DNA of 64,000 nucleotides from an uncultured Spirochaetota bacterium (GCA_963820525.1 CAWGAA010000003.1:704001-768000); one strand, 5' to 3'. Shown: positions 12,352-22,928, numbered from the stretch's first letter. The notes: generated by a model from the sequence alone, not told the origin. A program made the numbers and translations.

Positions 12352-13208
12352 GCGATCAGCTGAACATCGCTTTCGCCTGTCCCTTCAGGGCAACGGATGC
12401 GACCCACGTCGCCGCCGAGGCGGGAGGGACGCGAGCCTTCGCGGCCGGCCCGGCGGCGAGCCTGCTTTTCATCGCGCGCGGCAAGCTTGAGGCCATCTCC
12501 CGGGACCGGCGGCAGTCGATGCGCGCGGGCGACGCTCTCGTTCTGCCCCCTGATGCCTTGGAAAGACTGACCCTCCGCTATGAAACCGACGTCGAGTACT
12601 ACGCGCTGCGCTTCCGGCTGGCTCGGGATCGAGGCGAGGTTCTCGAGCTCTCGGTGCCGGAGCTGGTCACGGTACCGCGGCCGGGAAGGCTCACCTATAA
12701 CCTGCACCGTTATATGGAAGAATTCGCTCGAGAACAGCCCTCGCGGCTCATTCTCTACCACCTGCTCGTCCTCGCCCTCTGCGAGCTCTCGCACTCATGC
12801 GGAACGGAGGCGGGAATCGAGCCTGAAGCTCCCTGCCTGGAGACCATCGCATCATGGGTGGATGCCTACATCGCCGCCCACTATCACGAGGCGATCGGCA
12901 CGCCGGATATCGCAAGCGCCCTGCGGTACAACCCGGATTACCTGGAGCGCGCTTACCACAGAAAGAAGGGTTTCTCAATACGGGAAGCGATCCACCAGCG
13001 CAGAATGAAGGAGGCGCAGGCCCAGCTCCTCCTACAGAGCGAGCGCCGCGTAGCCGAGATCGCGGCTCTCTGCGGCTACAACGATGCCGGCTACTTCCGG
13101 CGCGTATTCAAGCGTTCCACGAAGATGACCCCCCGGAGCTTCCGAGCCAAGGCGAGCGCCGCCGCCGTCTCGCGGGGACAGTGGAGGAGGCCCGATGCTT
13201 CAGCTTGA
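12348..13208 (+). CDS. AraC-family transcriptional regulator (divergent N-terminal cupin)
   Basis: C-terminal HTH: EIAALCGYNDAGYFRRVFKR...TP; ATGA overlap with GH127 stop. Confidence 0.85.
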   Translation: MSDQLNIAFACPFRATDATHVAAEAGGTRAFAAGPAASLLFIARGKLEAISRDRRQSMRAGDALVLPPDALERLTLRYETDVEYYALRFRLARDRGEVLELSVPELVTVPRPGRLTYNLHRYMEEFAREQPSRLILYHLLVLALCELSHSCGTEAGIEPEAPCLETIASWVDAYIAAHYHEAIGTPDIASALRYNPDYLERAYHRKKGFSIREAIHQRRMKEAQAQLLLQSERRVAEIAALCGYNDAGYFRRVFKRSTKMTPRSFRAKASAAAVSRGQWRRPDASA

Positions 13209-14028
13209 GATATCAAACGCCGTCGAGGCGCTGAACGGAGGCCTGTTCGTCTCTCCCGGCTATGGCAAGCATCCCACGCGTATCATCGACTCCTACGAGC
13301 TCATCTTCGTGGTCCAGGGAAGGCTCGACATGTTCGAAGAGATGACGACCTACCACCTCGGGCGCTTCCAGACTCTCCTTCTCTTTCCCGGAAAACGGCA
13401 CGGGGGGCTGTATCCCTACCCGTCCGACCTCAACTTCTATTGGGTGCATTTCCGCCTCCGTGACGCCTCATCCCGCGACGTCTCAATCGAAGCCTCCAAG
13501 GTGGCCGCGATCCGCGAGCCCGAAGAGTTGACCGAGCTGTTCTGCCAATTCATCTCCGACCAGGAATCCGGCCTGCTGGAGCCCCTGAGCGCCGGGCACC
13601 TGGTATCGCTGATGCTGTGCGAGATAGACAGGGCGGCCGGCATCCGAAAGCCCGCTCCCTCCGCAGCCGGAGCGGACGTCCGGCGGGAACCATTGCCGAC
13701 GCTCGTTCACCGCTACATCGATGCGAACTTCCAGAAGCCCATCACCAGCGCCGCCATTGCGCGCGACCTGATGTACAGCCCGGACTACCTCGAGCGGCTG
13801 TACCGCAGAACCAGCGAGATGTCGATCACGGAAGCTCTGAATCAGAAGCGGATCGCCGCGGCGCGGGCGCTCCTCATGAAAGAGGGACGGAAGAACGTGA
13901 ACGAGATCGCCTTTGCCTGCGGGTACATGGATCGCGGCTACTTCCGCCGCGTCTTTAAAAAGATCACCGGGCTCACGCCGACGCAGTTCCGCACGCTTTT
14001 CAGCCGCACCCACATCAATACGCACTAG
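13195..14028 (+). CDS. AraC-family transcriptional regulator
   Basis: Cupin GGLFVSPG...HPTRIIDSYELIFV...FYWVHF; HTH EIAFACGYMDRGYFRRVFKK.TG.TP. Confidence 0.92.
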   Translation: MLQLEISNAVEALNGGLFVSPGYGKHPTRIIDSYELIFVVQGRLDMFEEMTTYHLGRFQTLLLFPGKRHGGLYPYPSDLNFYWVHFRLRDASSRDVSIEASKVAAIREPEELTELFCQFISDQESGLLEPLSAGHLVSLMLCEIDRAAGIRKPAPSAAGADVRREPLPTLVHRYIDANFQKPITSAAIARDLMYSPDYLERLYRRTSEMSITEALNQKRIAAARALLMKEGRKNVNEIAFACGYMDRGYFRRVFKKITGLTPTQFRTLFSRTHINTH

Positions 14029-14144
14029 ACAGGGCTTTCAGGTACGATTAGTGCAAAAAAAAGCCGATCCGTGAGTCGCCAATCCCACGCCTTCATGTTT
14101 TCATGATGGTCTAGAGCATTGCAGTTTTACCTCCACGCGGGCGT

Positions 14145-14174
14145 TCGGCGCGGGGAAGCTCTTCCCCGCGCCGA
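14145..14174. terminator. GC-rich stem-loop (terminator or mRNA stabiliser)
   Basis: TCGGCGCGGGGAAG-CT-CTTCCCCGCGCCGA perfect inverted repeat. Confidence 0.6.
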
Positions 14175-14192
14175 CTTTGAAACAGGGGTGGC

Positions 14193-14345
14193 ATGATGGA
14201 GCATTTCGTACAACTCGCCAACGTATCCAAGACCATCCTGGGCGGCTGGACGAGCCTCATCTCTGGGCTTATCATCGTCATCTCGGTGTCGCTTCAGACA
14301 CTGGTGAGCAAGAGGTCACATAAAGCCGGCTTTGCCGGCGCCTGA
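14193..14345 (+). pseudogene. 50-aa chimeric remnant: sugar ABC ATPase N-terminus joined to ABC permease C-terminus
   Basis: Hand translation [50 protein letters not shown]. Confidence 0.6.
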
Positions 14346-14374
14346 AAAGACCGAGCGAGAGGGAGGAGTCTCCA

Positions 14375-15867
14375 ATGGTAGATCTGAAGAAGCGCGAAGT
14401 GTGGTTCGTCACGGGCAGCCAGCATCTGTACGGCAATGAGGTCCTCGCGAAAGTTGCCGATCATTCCCGACAGATCGCGGAGGGCTTTTCCCGGTCCCCC
14501 AAGATTCCCGTGCAGGTCGTGTTCAAGCCAGTCGTGACGACGCCGGACGCCATCCGCGAGCTGTGCCTCCAGGCCAATGCCGCCAAGAGCTGCGTCGGCC
14601 TTGTCGCGTGGATGCACACCTTCTCCCCGGCAAAGATGTGGATCGCCGGGCTCACCGCCCTTTCCAAGCCTTTCGTGCACCTGCACACCCAGTTCAACCG
14701 GGACATCCCCTGGTCGGGAATCGACATGGACTTCATGAACTTGAACCAGTCCGCCCACGGCGACCGCGAGTTCGGCTTCATGGCGAGCCGCCTGCGCCTG
14801 GAGCGCAAGGTCATCGTCGGCTTCTGGCAGGACGCGGACGTCATCGACGAGCTGGCCGTGTGGACCCGAGCGGCATGCGCGTGGGACGACTCGCGGGGAC
14901 TGAAGATCGCGCGATTCGGAGACAACATGCGCGAGGTCGCCGTGACGGAGGGCGACAAGGTGGAAGCCCAGATCCGCTTCGGCTACTCCGTAAGCGGCTA
15001 CGGCCTGGGAGACCTTGTGAAGCGCGTCGACGCGATCGGCGACGCGGAGGTGGACAAGCTGGTTTCCGAATACGAGAGCCGCTACACGGTTTCCAAGGCC
15101 CTGCGCGCCGGCGGAGAGCAGAGGGAGTCCCTTCGAACAGCGGCGCGCATCGAGCTGGGCATGCGCGCCTTTCTCACGGACGGAGGATTCGGGGCCTTCA
15201 CAACGACCTTCGAGGACCTTCACGGCCTGGCGCAACTGCCGGGCCTCGCCGTGCAGAGGCTGATGGCGGACGGCTTCGGTTTCGGGGCCGAGGGAGACTG
15301 GAAGACGGCCGCGCTCGTTCGCGCCATGAAGGTGATGGGATCCGGCCTTCCCGGCGGCACGACCTTCATGGAAGACTATACCTACCACCTCGAGGGCAAG
15401 GCCATGAAAGTGCTCGGAGCCCACATGCTGGAGGTCTGCGAATCGATCGCGGACGGCAAGCCGTCCCTGGAGATCCACCCCCTCTCCATCGGCGGAAAAG
15501 AGGACCCGCGCGGCTGGTTTTCACCGCCAGGCGCGGCCCCGCCGTGAACGCGTCCATCGTCGACATGGGCAACAGGTTCCGCCTCATCGTGAACGAGGTG
15601 GACGTCGTCCCCCCCGATGCGGACCTTCCCAAGCTGCCGGTGGCACGGGCCCTCTGGGTGCCCCGGCCCAACCTCAAGACGGCCGCCGGCGCGTGGATCC
15701 TGGCGGGAGGCGCCCACCATACCGGCTACAGCCAGGCGGTGACGGCTGAGCACCTGCGCGATTTCGCAGAAATGGCGAGAATCGAGCTCCTGCTCATCGA
15801 CGGAAAGACAACCATTGCCGAGTTCCGCAAGGAGATCAGGTGGAACGACGCCGCCTACGGCCGGTAG
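14375..15867 (+). CDS. araA: L-arabinose isomerase (frameshifted near 15505, probably a sequencing indel)
   Basis: [62 protein letters not shown]-terminus ARLVF...AGGAHHT in the -1 frame ending at 15867. Confidence 0.93.
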
Positions 15868-15946
15868 TGAATCGCTTCTCGCTTTGAGCTATACTAGTCT
15901 GATGGGAGCATCCGCGTCTGCACTCCTCTGAAAGGAGGCCTCGGGT

Positions 15947-17791
15947 ATGAACGGGACAGGTGCAAACGGCCGCAAGAGGACTGTCCGCCTCAAGGCGAAG
16001 CTGATCGCGGCCTTCGTCGTCATCGTCTGCGTCATGGGCTTCATCTCCATCTTCACGTTCGTGACTCTGCGGCTGTCCCTCACGACATTCGACGGCATGG
16101 TCGAGGTGGTCATCCTGGCGAACGAGATCTCCGCTCTCGCGGGCACCCCCACGGTGGGAATGCCGAAGGACATCGAGCGCTACAGCATCTATCCAACGCC
16201 GGAAAACGAGAAGAACGTGAGGGACCCGATCGCCGCCCTGAAAGCGGTGGCGACCAGGCTGAAGAGCTACGTGAAGAACCCCGACAGCGCCGCGTCGCTT
16301 CTCGGCCTCCAGAACATGATCGCCTCCACGGAGGAAAACTTCGGCCTGATAAAACAGAAGCTCGAAGAGAAGGCCCCCTTCTCCGAGGTGAACGACATCA
16401 CCAACCAGGTCAAGGACACGAGCCTTTACATCTCGGACGGGATTCGAGAGTTGATCTCCCTGGAGGCGAACTACGACAAGACCGTGAAGGGAATCCTGGA
16501 CCGCAGGGCCAATACCCTGGGGATCGCCGTCATCGTGGCCGTGCTCCTGGTGAGCGCCGTGAGCATCGTCGCGGCATTCATCTTCTCCGGCAACATCGTT
16601 CGGCCCCTCGTGGACGTCGCCGACACCCTCAAGGGCATCGCCGAGGGTGAGGGTGACCTCACCACGAGGCTCGCCGTGGTGAGAAACGACGAAATCGGCC
16701 TCCTGTCGAACCACTTCAATGCGTTCCTCGAAGCCCAGAACAGGATCATCAGCCAGATCAAGGACGTGACCGGCAAGACCCGGGACATCGGCTCCGACCT
16801 CGCCTCCTCCTCCGAGGAATCCGCCACCGCCCTCGAGGAGATCTCCCGCAACATGGAGAGCATGAAGAACAAGATCAACTACCTCGATGGAGAGATATCG
16901 AAGTCCAACCGCCTGGCGGACGAGGTGAAGGGATTCATCACGCGCCTGGATTCCCTCATGGGCTCCCAGTCCTCCGCCGTGGACGAGTCCTCCGCCGAGA
17001 TCCAGGGCATGCTCTCCTCGATACGCGCGCTGGCGGCGAGCTCCGAGGCCAAGCTCGATTCATCCGTGAAGCTCAACGAGACAGCCCGCGTCGGCGAGAA
17101 GATGATGGCGGACACGATCGGGATCATCAAGAAAGTCACCGACTCCACCAGCATCATCATGGACCTGGTGAAAGTGATTGCCAACACCAACCGCCAGACC
17201 AACATCCTCGCCATGAACGCATCGATCGAGGCCGCCCACGCGGGCGGATACGGGCGGGGATTCGCCGTGGTGGCCAATGCCATCCGAAGCCTCGCGGAGA
17301 GCACGGAGAAGAGCTCGAAGGGCATCTCCAAGTCGATGAGAGACCTGGTGAGGTTCATGCAGGTGTCCCGGGAGTCCATCGAGAAGACGGGAAGCATCTT
17401 CACGGACATCGTGACGGGGGTGAGCGACTTCTCCGCCGGCATGGTGGAGATGAAAGGCGCGATGGAAGAGCTTTCCCTGGGCAGCGGGAAGATCATCGAT
17501 TCGCTCAAGGCCCTGGTGAAGGTGACCGACGAGGTGCGAAACTCCTACGCTTCGGTCAACGGGAACATCCAGTCCATCTCGAAGTCCCTCGAGCAGATCA
17601 ATCTCATCTCCAACGAGACCAAGACGGGAATGATCGAGGTCACGCAGGGGGTGGGAGAGCTGTACACCACGGCAAAGCTGGTGTCCGATACCGGCGTTCG
17701 GAACGTGGAGAACATCTCCGAGCTGGGGGAGCTCGTGGAGAAGTTCAAGGTCGAAGAGAAGACGCCGGAGCCCACGGGCGCCCAGTCCTAG
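15947..17791 (+). CDS. Methyl-accepting chemotaxis protein
   Basis: Two TM segments, helical periplasmic domain, HAMP (GEGDLT...DEIGLLSNHFN), QTNILAMNASIEAAHAG..GRGFAVVA. Confidence 0.93.
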   Translation: MNGTGANGRKRTVRLKAKLIAAFVVIVCVMGFISIFTFVTLRLSLTTFDGMVEVVILANEISALAGTPTVGMPKDIERYSIYPTPENEKNVRDPIAALKAVATRLKSYVKNPDSAASLLGLQNMIASTEENFGLIKQKLEEKAPFSEVNDITNQVKDTSLYISDGIRELISLEANYDKTVKGILDRRANTLGIAVIVAVLLVSAVSIVAAFIFSGNIVRPLVDVADTLKGIAEGEGDLTTRLAVVRNDEIGLLSNHFNAFLEAQNRIISQIKDVTGKTRDIGSDLASSSEESATALEEISRNMESMKNKINYLDGEISKSNRLADEVKGFITRLDSLMGSQSSAVDESSAEIQGMLSSIRALAASSEAKLDSSVKLNETARVGEKMMADTIGIIKKVTDSTSIIMDLVKVIANTNRQTNILAMNASIEAAHAGGYGRGFAVVANAIRSLAESTEKSSKGISKSMRDLVRFMQVSRESIEKTGSIFTDIVTGVSDFSAGMVEMKGAMEELSLGSGKIIDSLKALVKVTDEVRNSYASVNGNIQSISKSLEQINLISNETKTGMIEVTQGVGELYTTAKLVSDTGVRNVENISELGELVEKFKVEEKTPEPTGAQS

Positions 17792-17870
17792 TCCAGAGAC
17801 CAAGGCCGGCCCTTGCGGAAAGGCGCGATTCCTCGTACCATGGGGAAGCATCTTCCGCTGGAGAGCCGCC

Positions 17871-19643
17871 TTGCGCTATCGTAGCATCAGATTCAAGCTG
17901 CTCTACTCATTCGTCGCTGTGATCCTCCTGCCGCTCATCACCCTCGGGATCATCGGCCCATACATTGCGGCCCGGACCGTCGAGGAGGAAGCCACAAAGC
18001 ATACGGTGCAGCTCATCGGACAGGTCACGAAGAACATCGAGCTCTACATTCAGGAGATGGAAGGGATCATCTCCATCATCGTGGAAGACCCCGATGTCCA
18101 GGCCTTCTATGCGACCGACCCTGCTGCCGCCCCCTTCTCGGCGGAGCAGGCCGCAGGCGCGCACCGGCTCCTGCGGACCGTTTCCGAAGTGCATCCCCAA
18201 ATCGCCGGCCTCCTCCTGGTCAACCGGCAGGACAGATACCTCAGCAATGAAATCCAGCCGATTACCCGCGACTCCCTGCTGGACGAGCCGTGGTATCGGA
18301 AGGCCGCCGACGACATGCCCGTGGTCCAGCTCATCCCGCGCCCCGTGGGGAGAAACCTCCGCAACACCCTGGAGTTCAGCGCGGACGATGTGGTGTCCAT
18401 CGTCAAAGCGGTGGTCGACCTCAGGACCGGGCTCTGCCAGGGTGTCGTGCTCATCGACATGAAGCTGGATGTCGTGAAGAACATCTTCGCCGATATGACC
18501 GTCGGGCTGGGGGGATTCCTCTTCATCGAAGACTCGCAGGGAGAGATCGTCTACGCGCCGGTGAGCGACATCGTGTACCGCGTGCGCACGGAGTGGCTCG
18601 CCTCCCCTCTCACCAGCGAGGTGATTACCGTCCGAAGGATCAAGGGGGCGGATTACCAGATCATCGCAAAGCGGTCTGACAAGTCCAGCTGGAAAACGAT
18701 TGGGGTCTTCCCATTGAACGAGATCATGCGGCAGGTGAGCATGATCTACTACTACTCCCTCATCATCGCCGGGATCACCGTGGTCATCGCCTTCCTCGCC
18801 TCCATCTTCTTCACGGGCTCCATCGCGCGGCCCGTCATCAAGCTGCGCTCCCTGATGAAGGAGGCCGAGGAGGGCAACCTCGCGGTCCGCTACGAGGGCC
18901 GCCAGGAGGACGAGATCGGCCACCTGGGCAAGAGCTTCAACACGATGATCGAGGAGATCCAGAAGCTGATCGACATGGTGTACCGCGAGCAGCAGAGCAA
19001 ACGGGAGGCGGAACTGAAGATCCTGCAGGAGCAAATCAAGCCCCATTTCCTCTACAACACCCTGGACACAATCCAGTGGATGGCCCAGGACCACGGAGCG
19101 GACGACATCGTAAAGATCGTCGGCGCACTCACGAGCCTCTTCCGCATCGGGTTGTCCAAGGGCAAGGAGATGATCCGCGTGAGCGACGAGCTGGAGCACG
19201 TGAAGAGCTACCTCATCATCCAGAAGGCGCGCTACGAGGACAAGTTCGACTTCTCCCTTGACATTGTCGAGGAGGTACTGCCCCTCATGGTGTTGAAGCT
19301 CACCGTCCAGCCGCTGGTTGAAAACGCCATCTATCATGGGATCAAGGAGCGCCGGGGGCATGGAACCATCCGCGTCCAGGCCTTCGCGCGGGACGGAATG
19401 CTCGTGTTCCGCGTCACCGACGACGGGGTGGGCATGTCGGCTGAAAAACTCACCGCCGTGCGATCGCTTCTCTCCGCCTCCCCGTCGGGCGGCTCCGAGC
19501 GGGATGGATACGGGCTTCGAAACGTCAACGAGAGGATCCAGCTCTCGTTCGGCAGGCAATATGGGCTGCGCTTCGAGAGCGCCCCGGATACGGGCACAAC
19601 CGTGGAGATTCTCCACCCGCTGGTAGCGCCGGAGGAGCTGTAA
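17871..19643 (+). CDS. Cache/HAMP sensor histidine kinase, YesM-like
   Basis: LQEQIKPHFLYNTL, QPLVENAIYHG, DDGVGM, GYGLRNVNERI. Confidence 0.93.
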   Translation: MRYRSIRFKLLYSFVAVILLPLITLGIIGPYIAARTVEEEATKHTVQLIGQVTKNIELYIQEMEGIISIIVEDPDVQAFYATDPAAAPFSAEQAAGAHRLLRTVSEVHPQIAGLLLVNRQDRYLSNEIQPITRDSLLDEPWYRKAADDMPVVQLIPRPVGRNLRNTLEFSADDVVSIVKAVVDLRTGLCQGVVLIDMKLDVVKNIFADMTVGLGGFLFIEDSQGEIVYAPVSDIVYRVRTEWLASPLTSEVITVRRIKGADYQIIAKRSDKSSWKTIGVFPLNEIMRQVSMIYYYSLIIAGITVVIAFLASIFFTGSIARPVIKLRSLMKEAEEGNLAVRYEGRQEDEIGHLGKSFNTMIEEIQKLIDMVYREQQSKREAELKILQEQIKPHFLYNTLDTIQWMAQDHGADDIVKIVGALTSLFRIGLSKGKEMIRVSDELEHVKSYLIIQKARYEDKFDFSLDIVEEVLPLMVLKLTVQPLVENAIYHGIKERRGHGTIRVQAFARDGMLVFRVTDDGVGMSAEKLTAVRSLLSASPSGGSERDGYGLRNVNERIQLSFGRQYGLRFESAPDTGTTVEILHPLVAPEEL

Positions 19644-19645
19644 GC

Positions 19646-20851
19646 ATGTGGAAGGTGCTGATCGCCGACGACGAGCCGAAGATCCGCAGGGGTCTTCGGA
19701 CCTCCATCGAGAGGCTGCGGCCCGACATGACTGTGGTGGCCGAGGCAGAGGACGGGGAGACCGCCCTCGCCCTGGTGAAAAAAGAGAAGCCCGACATCCT
19801 GATGATCGACATCAGGATGCCGTTCCTCAGCGGATTGGAGCTGATCGAGAAGATCAACGGGATCCACCGGGACTGCATCGTCATCGTCGTGAGCGGACAT
19901 GATGAGTTCGAGTACGCGAAGAAGGCCCTCCAGCTGAAGGTCTTCGAGTACGTCCTGAAGCCCGTGCCCCAGGACGTGCTCGCCTCCGTCCTGGAGCGGG
20001 CGGGGGCGGAGCTGGCCGGGACGCGCCGCCAGAACCAGTACATCACGTGGGCCCGCGAACAGCTGGAGAAGAACATGCCCCTCCTGCGCGAGCAGTTCCT
20101 CCGCGACTGGGTGAACGGGAGGCTTTCGCGCTCGGAGATAGACGCGCAGGCCGCTTTCCTGGGAGTCGGCAGGAGCGATCACCAGGCCATGGCCGTCGTC
20201 CACGTGGTGGAGCGCTTCCTCCAAGCGGACCTCATCCAGGAGAAGGACAGGCGCCTGGCGCTTTTCGCGGTCCGCAAGGTCGTTGAAGAATCGCTTTGCG
20301 AGCTGGAGCCGCTCTCGGTGTTCATCGATGAGCAGGAGAACATCGTGTCGATCGCCGCTTCCGCGGGAGGGCCCGCCTGGGCTGAGGCGATTTCGCGCTT
20401 GGAGTCGCAGGTGACCCAGTCCCTGGCGCACGCCATCATCGTCGCGGCCAAGCCCGTTTCAGGCGGGCCGGGCGGCATCCCGGAGACCTACGAGACGCTC
20501 GTCGCGGAGATCTCCCGTCAGAAGAGCTGCGGAAGCTTCGTTGTGCACGCCACCAGCTACATCGACGCCCATTACGCGGAGCCCGAGCTCTCCCTGGAAG
20601 AGGTCGCCGCCGAGGTCGAGATAAGCCCCGGCTACCTGAGCCGCCTGCTGAAGCAGGAGACGGGATTTTCCTTCATCGACTATCTCACCCGCGTCCGTAT
20701 CACGAAGGCCGTCCAGATCATGAATGATCCCGCCATGAAGGTCTATGAAGTGGCCGAGGCCGTCGGCTACCAGAGCCAGCACTATTTCAGCCGGGCATTC
20801 AAGCGGGTCTTCGGCCGCTCTCCCGTTGAGTACCGAAAGGGAGGGGTGTAA
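19646..20851 (+). CDS. Response regulator with AraC-type output, YesN-like
   Basis: IADDE, DIRMP, YVLKP receiver; C-terminal VAEAVGYQSQHYFSRAFK. Confidence 0.93.
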   Translation: MWKVLIADDEPKIRRGLRTSIERLRPDMTVVAEAEDGETALALVKKEKPDILMIDIRMPFLSGLELIEKINGIHRDCIVIVVSGHDEFEYAKKALQLKVFEYVLKPVPQDVLASVLERAGAELAGTRRQNQYITWAREQLEKNMPLLREQFLRDWVNGRLSRSEIDAQAAFLGVGRSDHQAMAVVHVVERFLQADLIQEKDRRLALFAVRKVVEESLCELEPLSVFIDEQENIVSIAASAGGPAWAEAISRLESQVTQSLAHAIIVAAKPVSGGPGGIPETYETLVAEISRQKSCGSFVVHATSYIDAHYAEPELSLEEVAAEVEISPGYLSRLLKQETGFSFIDYLTRVRITKAVQIMNDPAMKVYEVAEAVGYQSQHYFSRAFKRVFGRSPVEYRKGGV

Positions 20852-20855
20852 TCGG

Positions 20856-22724
20856 ATGAAAAACCGCGTCCTGTGGATTCTCGCCGCCGCCGTACTCTCG
20901 CTCATCGCGGTCACCTGCAAACAGGAAGGGCGTGGCGCCCCGGCCTTCGAGTTCGTGATCGGGGTTTCCCTGGCCAACCGCACCGAGCCGTGGCGGATCA
21001 ACATGAGCGAGGAGATCAAGGCGGAAGCGGCGCTCTATCCCAACCTGCGGGTGGTATTCACGGACGCGGCGGACTCAAGCAGCCGTCAGATCCAGGACGT
21101 GAACAGGCTCCTCGCCTCCGGCATAGACCTGCTCATCATCTCGCCCAGCGACGCGGAGATGCTCACCCCCGTCATCGCCCAAGCCTACCGCCAGCGGCAC
21201 ATCCCCGTCATCCTGCTGGACCGCTCGGTCATCGGCTACGATTACACCCTGTTCATCGGCCCCGACAACCGGCTGATCGGCAAGCAGGCGGGACAATACG
21301 TGGTGGAGCTCCTCGGCGGCAAGGGGGGGAAAGTCGTCGAGATCCTGGGCCGAGCCGACTCTCCGCCGGTCATGGATCGCAGCCTCGGCTTCCAGGAGGC
21401 TATTTCCCATGCTAAAAACATCACCATTGTAGGAACGATCGACGCGGATTGGCTGCGCGACAAGGCGGAGGACGATCTCACCGCGTGGTTCGAGAAGCAC
21501 GAACGGGTAGATGTCGTCTTCGCTCAGAACGACGCCATGGCGTACGGCGCATACCGGGCGGCGCAGAAGCTCGTGCGGACGGGCATCCGGTTCGTTGGCA
21601 TCGACGGCCTTCCCAACCCCCAGGGCGGCATCGAGCTGGTGAAGAGCGGAATCCTTTCCGCCACATTCACCTGCCCCACCGGGGGCAAGGAAGCGCTGAT
21701 CTACGCGATGGACATCCTGCGCCATGAGGAAGGCATCCCGAAGAAGATGTTCCTCAGAACCTCCCTGGTGACAAAGGAGACCCTTGCGAGCGGGAAAGTG
21801 TCACCCGCCACGCACGTGAGCACCGGGGAGCCGGATCGCAGAATCGTGCTCGGGTTCGCCCAGGTCGGCAAGGAGAGCGAGTGGCGCGTCGCCAACACCG
21901 CCTCCATTCAAGCCGCCGCGCGCCAGGCGGGCATCGACCTGCTCTTTGTGGACGGCGAGCAGAAGCAGGAGAACCAGATCAAGGCGATCCGTTCTTTCAT
22001 CGCAAAGAAAGTCGACATCATCGCCTTCTCGGCCGGCGTGGAGTCCGGGTGGCTGCCGGTCTTGTTGGAGGCCAAGGCGGCCGGCATCCCCGTGTTTATC
22101 ATCGACCGGCCCGTGGATGTGAAGGACGAATCGCTGTGGGTGACCTTGATGGGATCGGATTTCCTGGAGGAAGGCCGCCGAGCGGCGAACTGGCTGATCG
22201 GTTACATGGACACGACCAGGCCGGTCAACATCGTGGAGCTCCAGGGCACCATCGGGTCCGCTCCGGCCATCGACCGCAAGATCGGCTTCGAGGAGGTCCT
22301 CAAGGACCATCCAAACTACAAGATCATCCGTTCGGAAAGCGGGGATTTCTTCCGCAATATCGGGGAGCATGTCATGCGCGAGATCCTCGCAGACCTGAGG
22401 GCCAAGGGACAGACGATGGATGTGCTGTTCGCCCACAACGATGACATGGCGATCGGCGCCATCAAGGCCATCAAGGAGGCCGGGCTGCGGCCGGGCAAGG
22501 ATGTCGTCATCGTCTCGGTGGATGCGATCGGGGATGCGTTCAAGGCCATGATAGCGGGTGAATTGAATTGCTCCGTTGAATGCAGCCCATTGCTCGGCCC
22601 GCAGCTCATGAAGGCAATCAAAGATTACATGTCGGGAAAAGTGCTTCCGGTGCGCATCGTCACCTCGGAGGTGGTCTTCCCTGCGGAGGATGCGCGCAGG
22701 GAATTGCCCACCCGCAAGTACTAG
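20856..22724 (+). CDS. Lipoprotein with two tandem sugar-binding (periplasmic binding protein type 1) domains
   Basis: Signal ending IAVTC; domain 1 IGVS...PVILLDR...AQND..GIDG; domain 2 GFAQVGKESEWR...ECSPLLGP...LPTRKY. Confidence 0.88.
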   Translation: MKNRVLWILAAAVLSLIAVTCKQEGRGAPAFEFVIGVSLANRTEPWRINMSEEIKAEAALYPNLRVVFTDAADSSSRQIQDVNRLLASGIDLLIISPSDAEMLTPVIAQAYRQRHIPVILLDRSVIGYDYTLFIGPDNRLIGKQAGQYVVELLGGKGGKVVEILGRADSPPVMDRSLGFQEAISHAKNITIVGTIDADWLRDKAEDDLTAWFEKHERVDVVFAQNDAMAYGAYRAAQKLVRTGIRFVGIDGLPNPQGGIELVKSGILSATFTCPTGGKEALIYAMDILRHEEGIPKKMFLRTSLVTKETLASGKVSPATHVSTGEPDRRIVLGFAQVGKESEWRVANTASIQAAARQAGIDLLFVDGEQKQENQIKAIRSFIAKKVDIIAFSAGVESGWLPVLLEAKAAGIPVFIIDRPVDVKDESLWVTLMGSDFLEEGRRAANWLIGYMDTTRPVNIVELQGTIGSAPAIDRKIGFEEVLKDHPNYKIIRSESGDFFRNIGEHVMREILADLRAKGQTMDVLFAHNDDMAIGAIKAIKEAGLRPGKDVVIVSVDAIGDAFKAMIAGELNCSVECSPLLGPQLMKAIKDYMSGKVLPVRIVTSEVVFPAEDARRELPTRKY

Positions 22725-22824
22725 ATCTCAAACCAGACGCGAACGTGTTCTCGTCTTCTTTCCCTCCCCGGGCGCAGCGGGCTTGACGCATGCCGCAGGC
22801 AGGGGCGGTGTCATTCCCTGGATG

Positions 22825-22858
22825 AAAAGTGCACAGAAAAACCGTTCCGTCCAAAGAC
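22825..22858 (+). promoter_or_regulatory. Putative activator-binding site, copy 1 (AAAAGTGCACA-N14-TCYAAAKAC)
   Basis: AAAAGTGCACA GAAAAACCGTTCCG TCCAAAGAC upstream of 22929. Confidence 0.6.
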
Positions 22859-22928
22859 GGCGCTTCAGCCAATCGGCTATAAGAAGCGAGCATGTGACGT
22901 ATTTTCTGCGGACGCCGGGAGAAAAAAC

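Noticed and set aside
15500..15515. Programmed frameshifting in araA or the other split genes
   Set aside because: No slippery heptamer or long tract; the pattern across unrelated genes fits sequencing error
17907..19616. Long antisense ORFs (also 35581-37683, 38324-39943, 40001-41956, 56638-58299)
   Set aside because: Shadow frames expected opposite GC3-rich genes; no recognisable motifs
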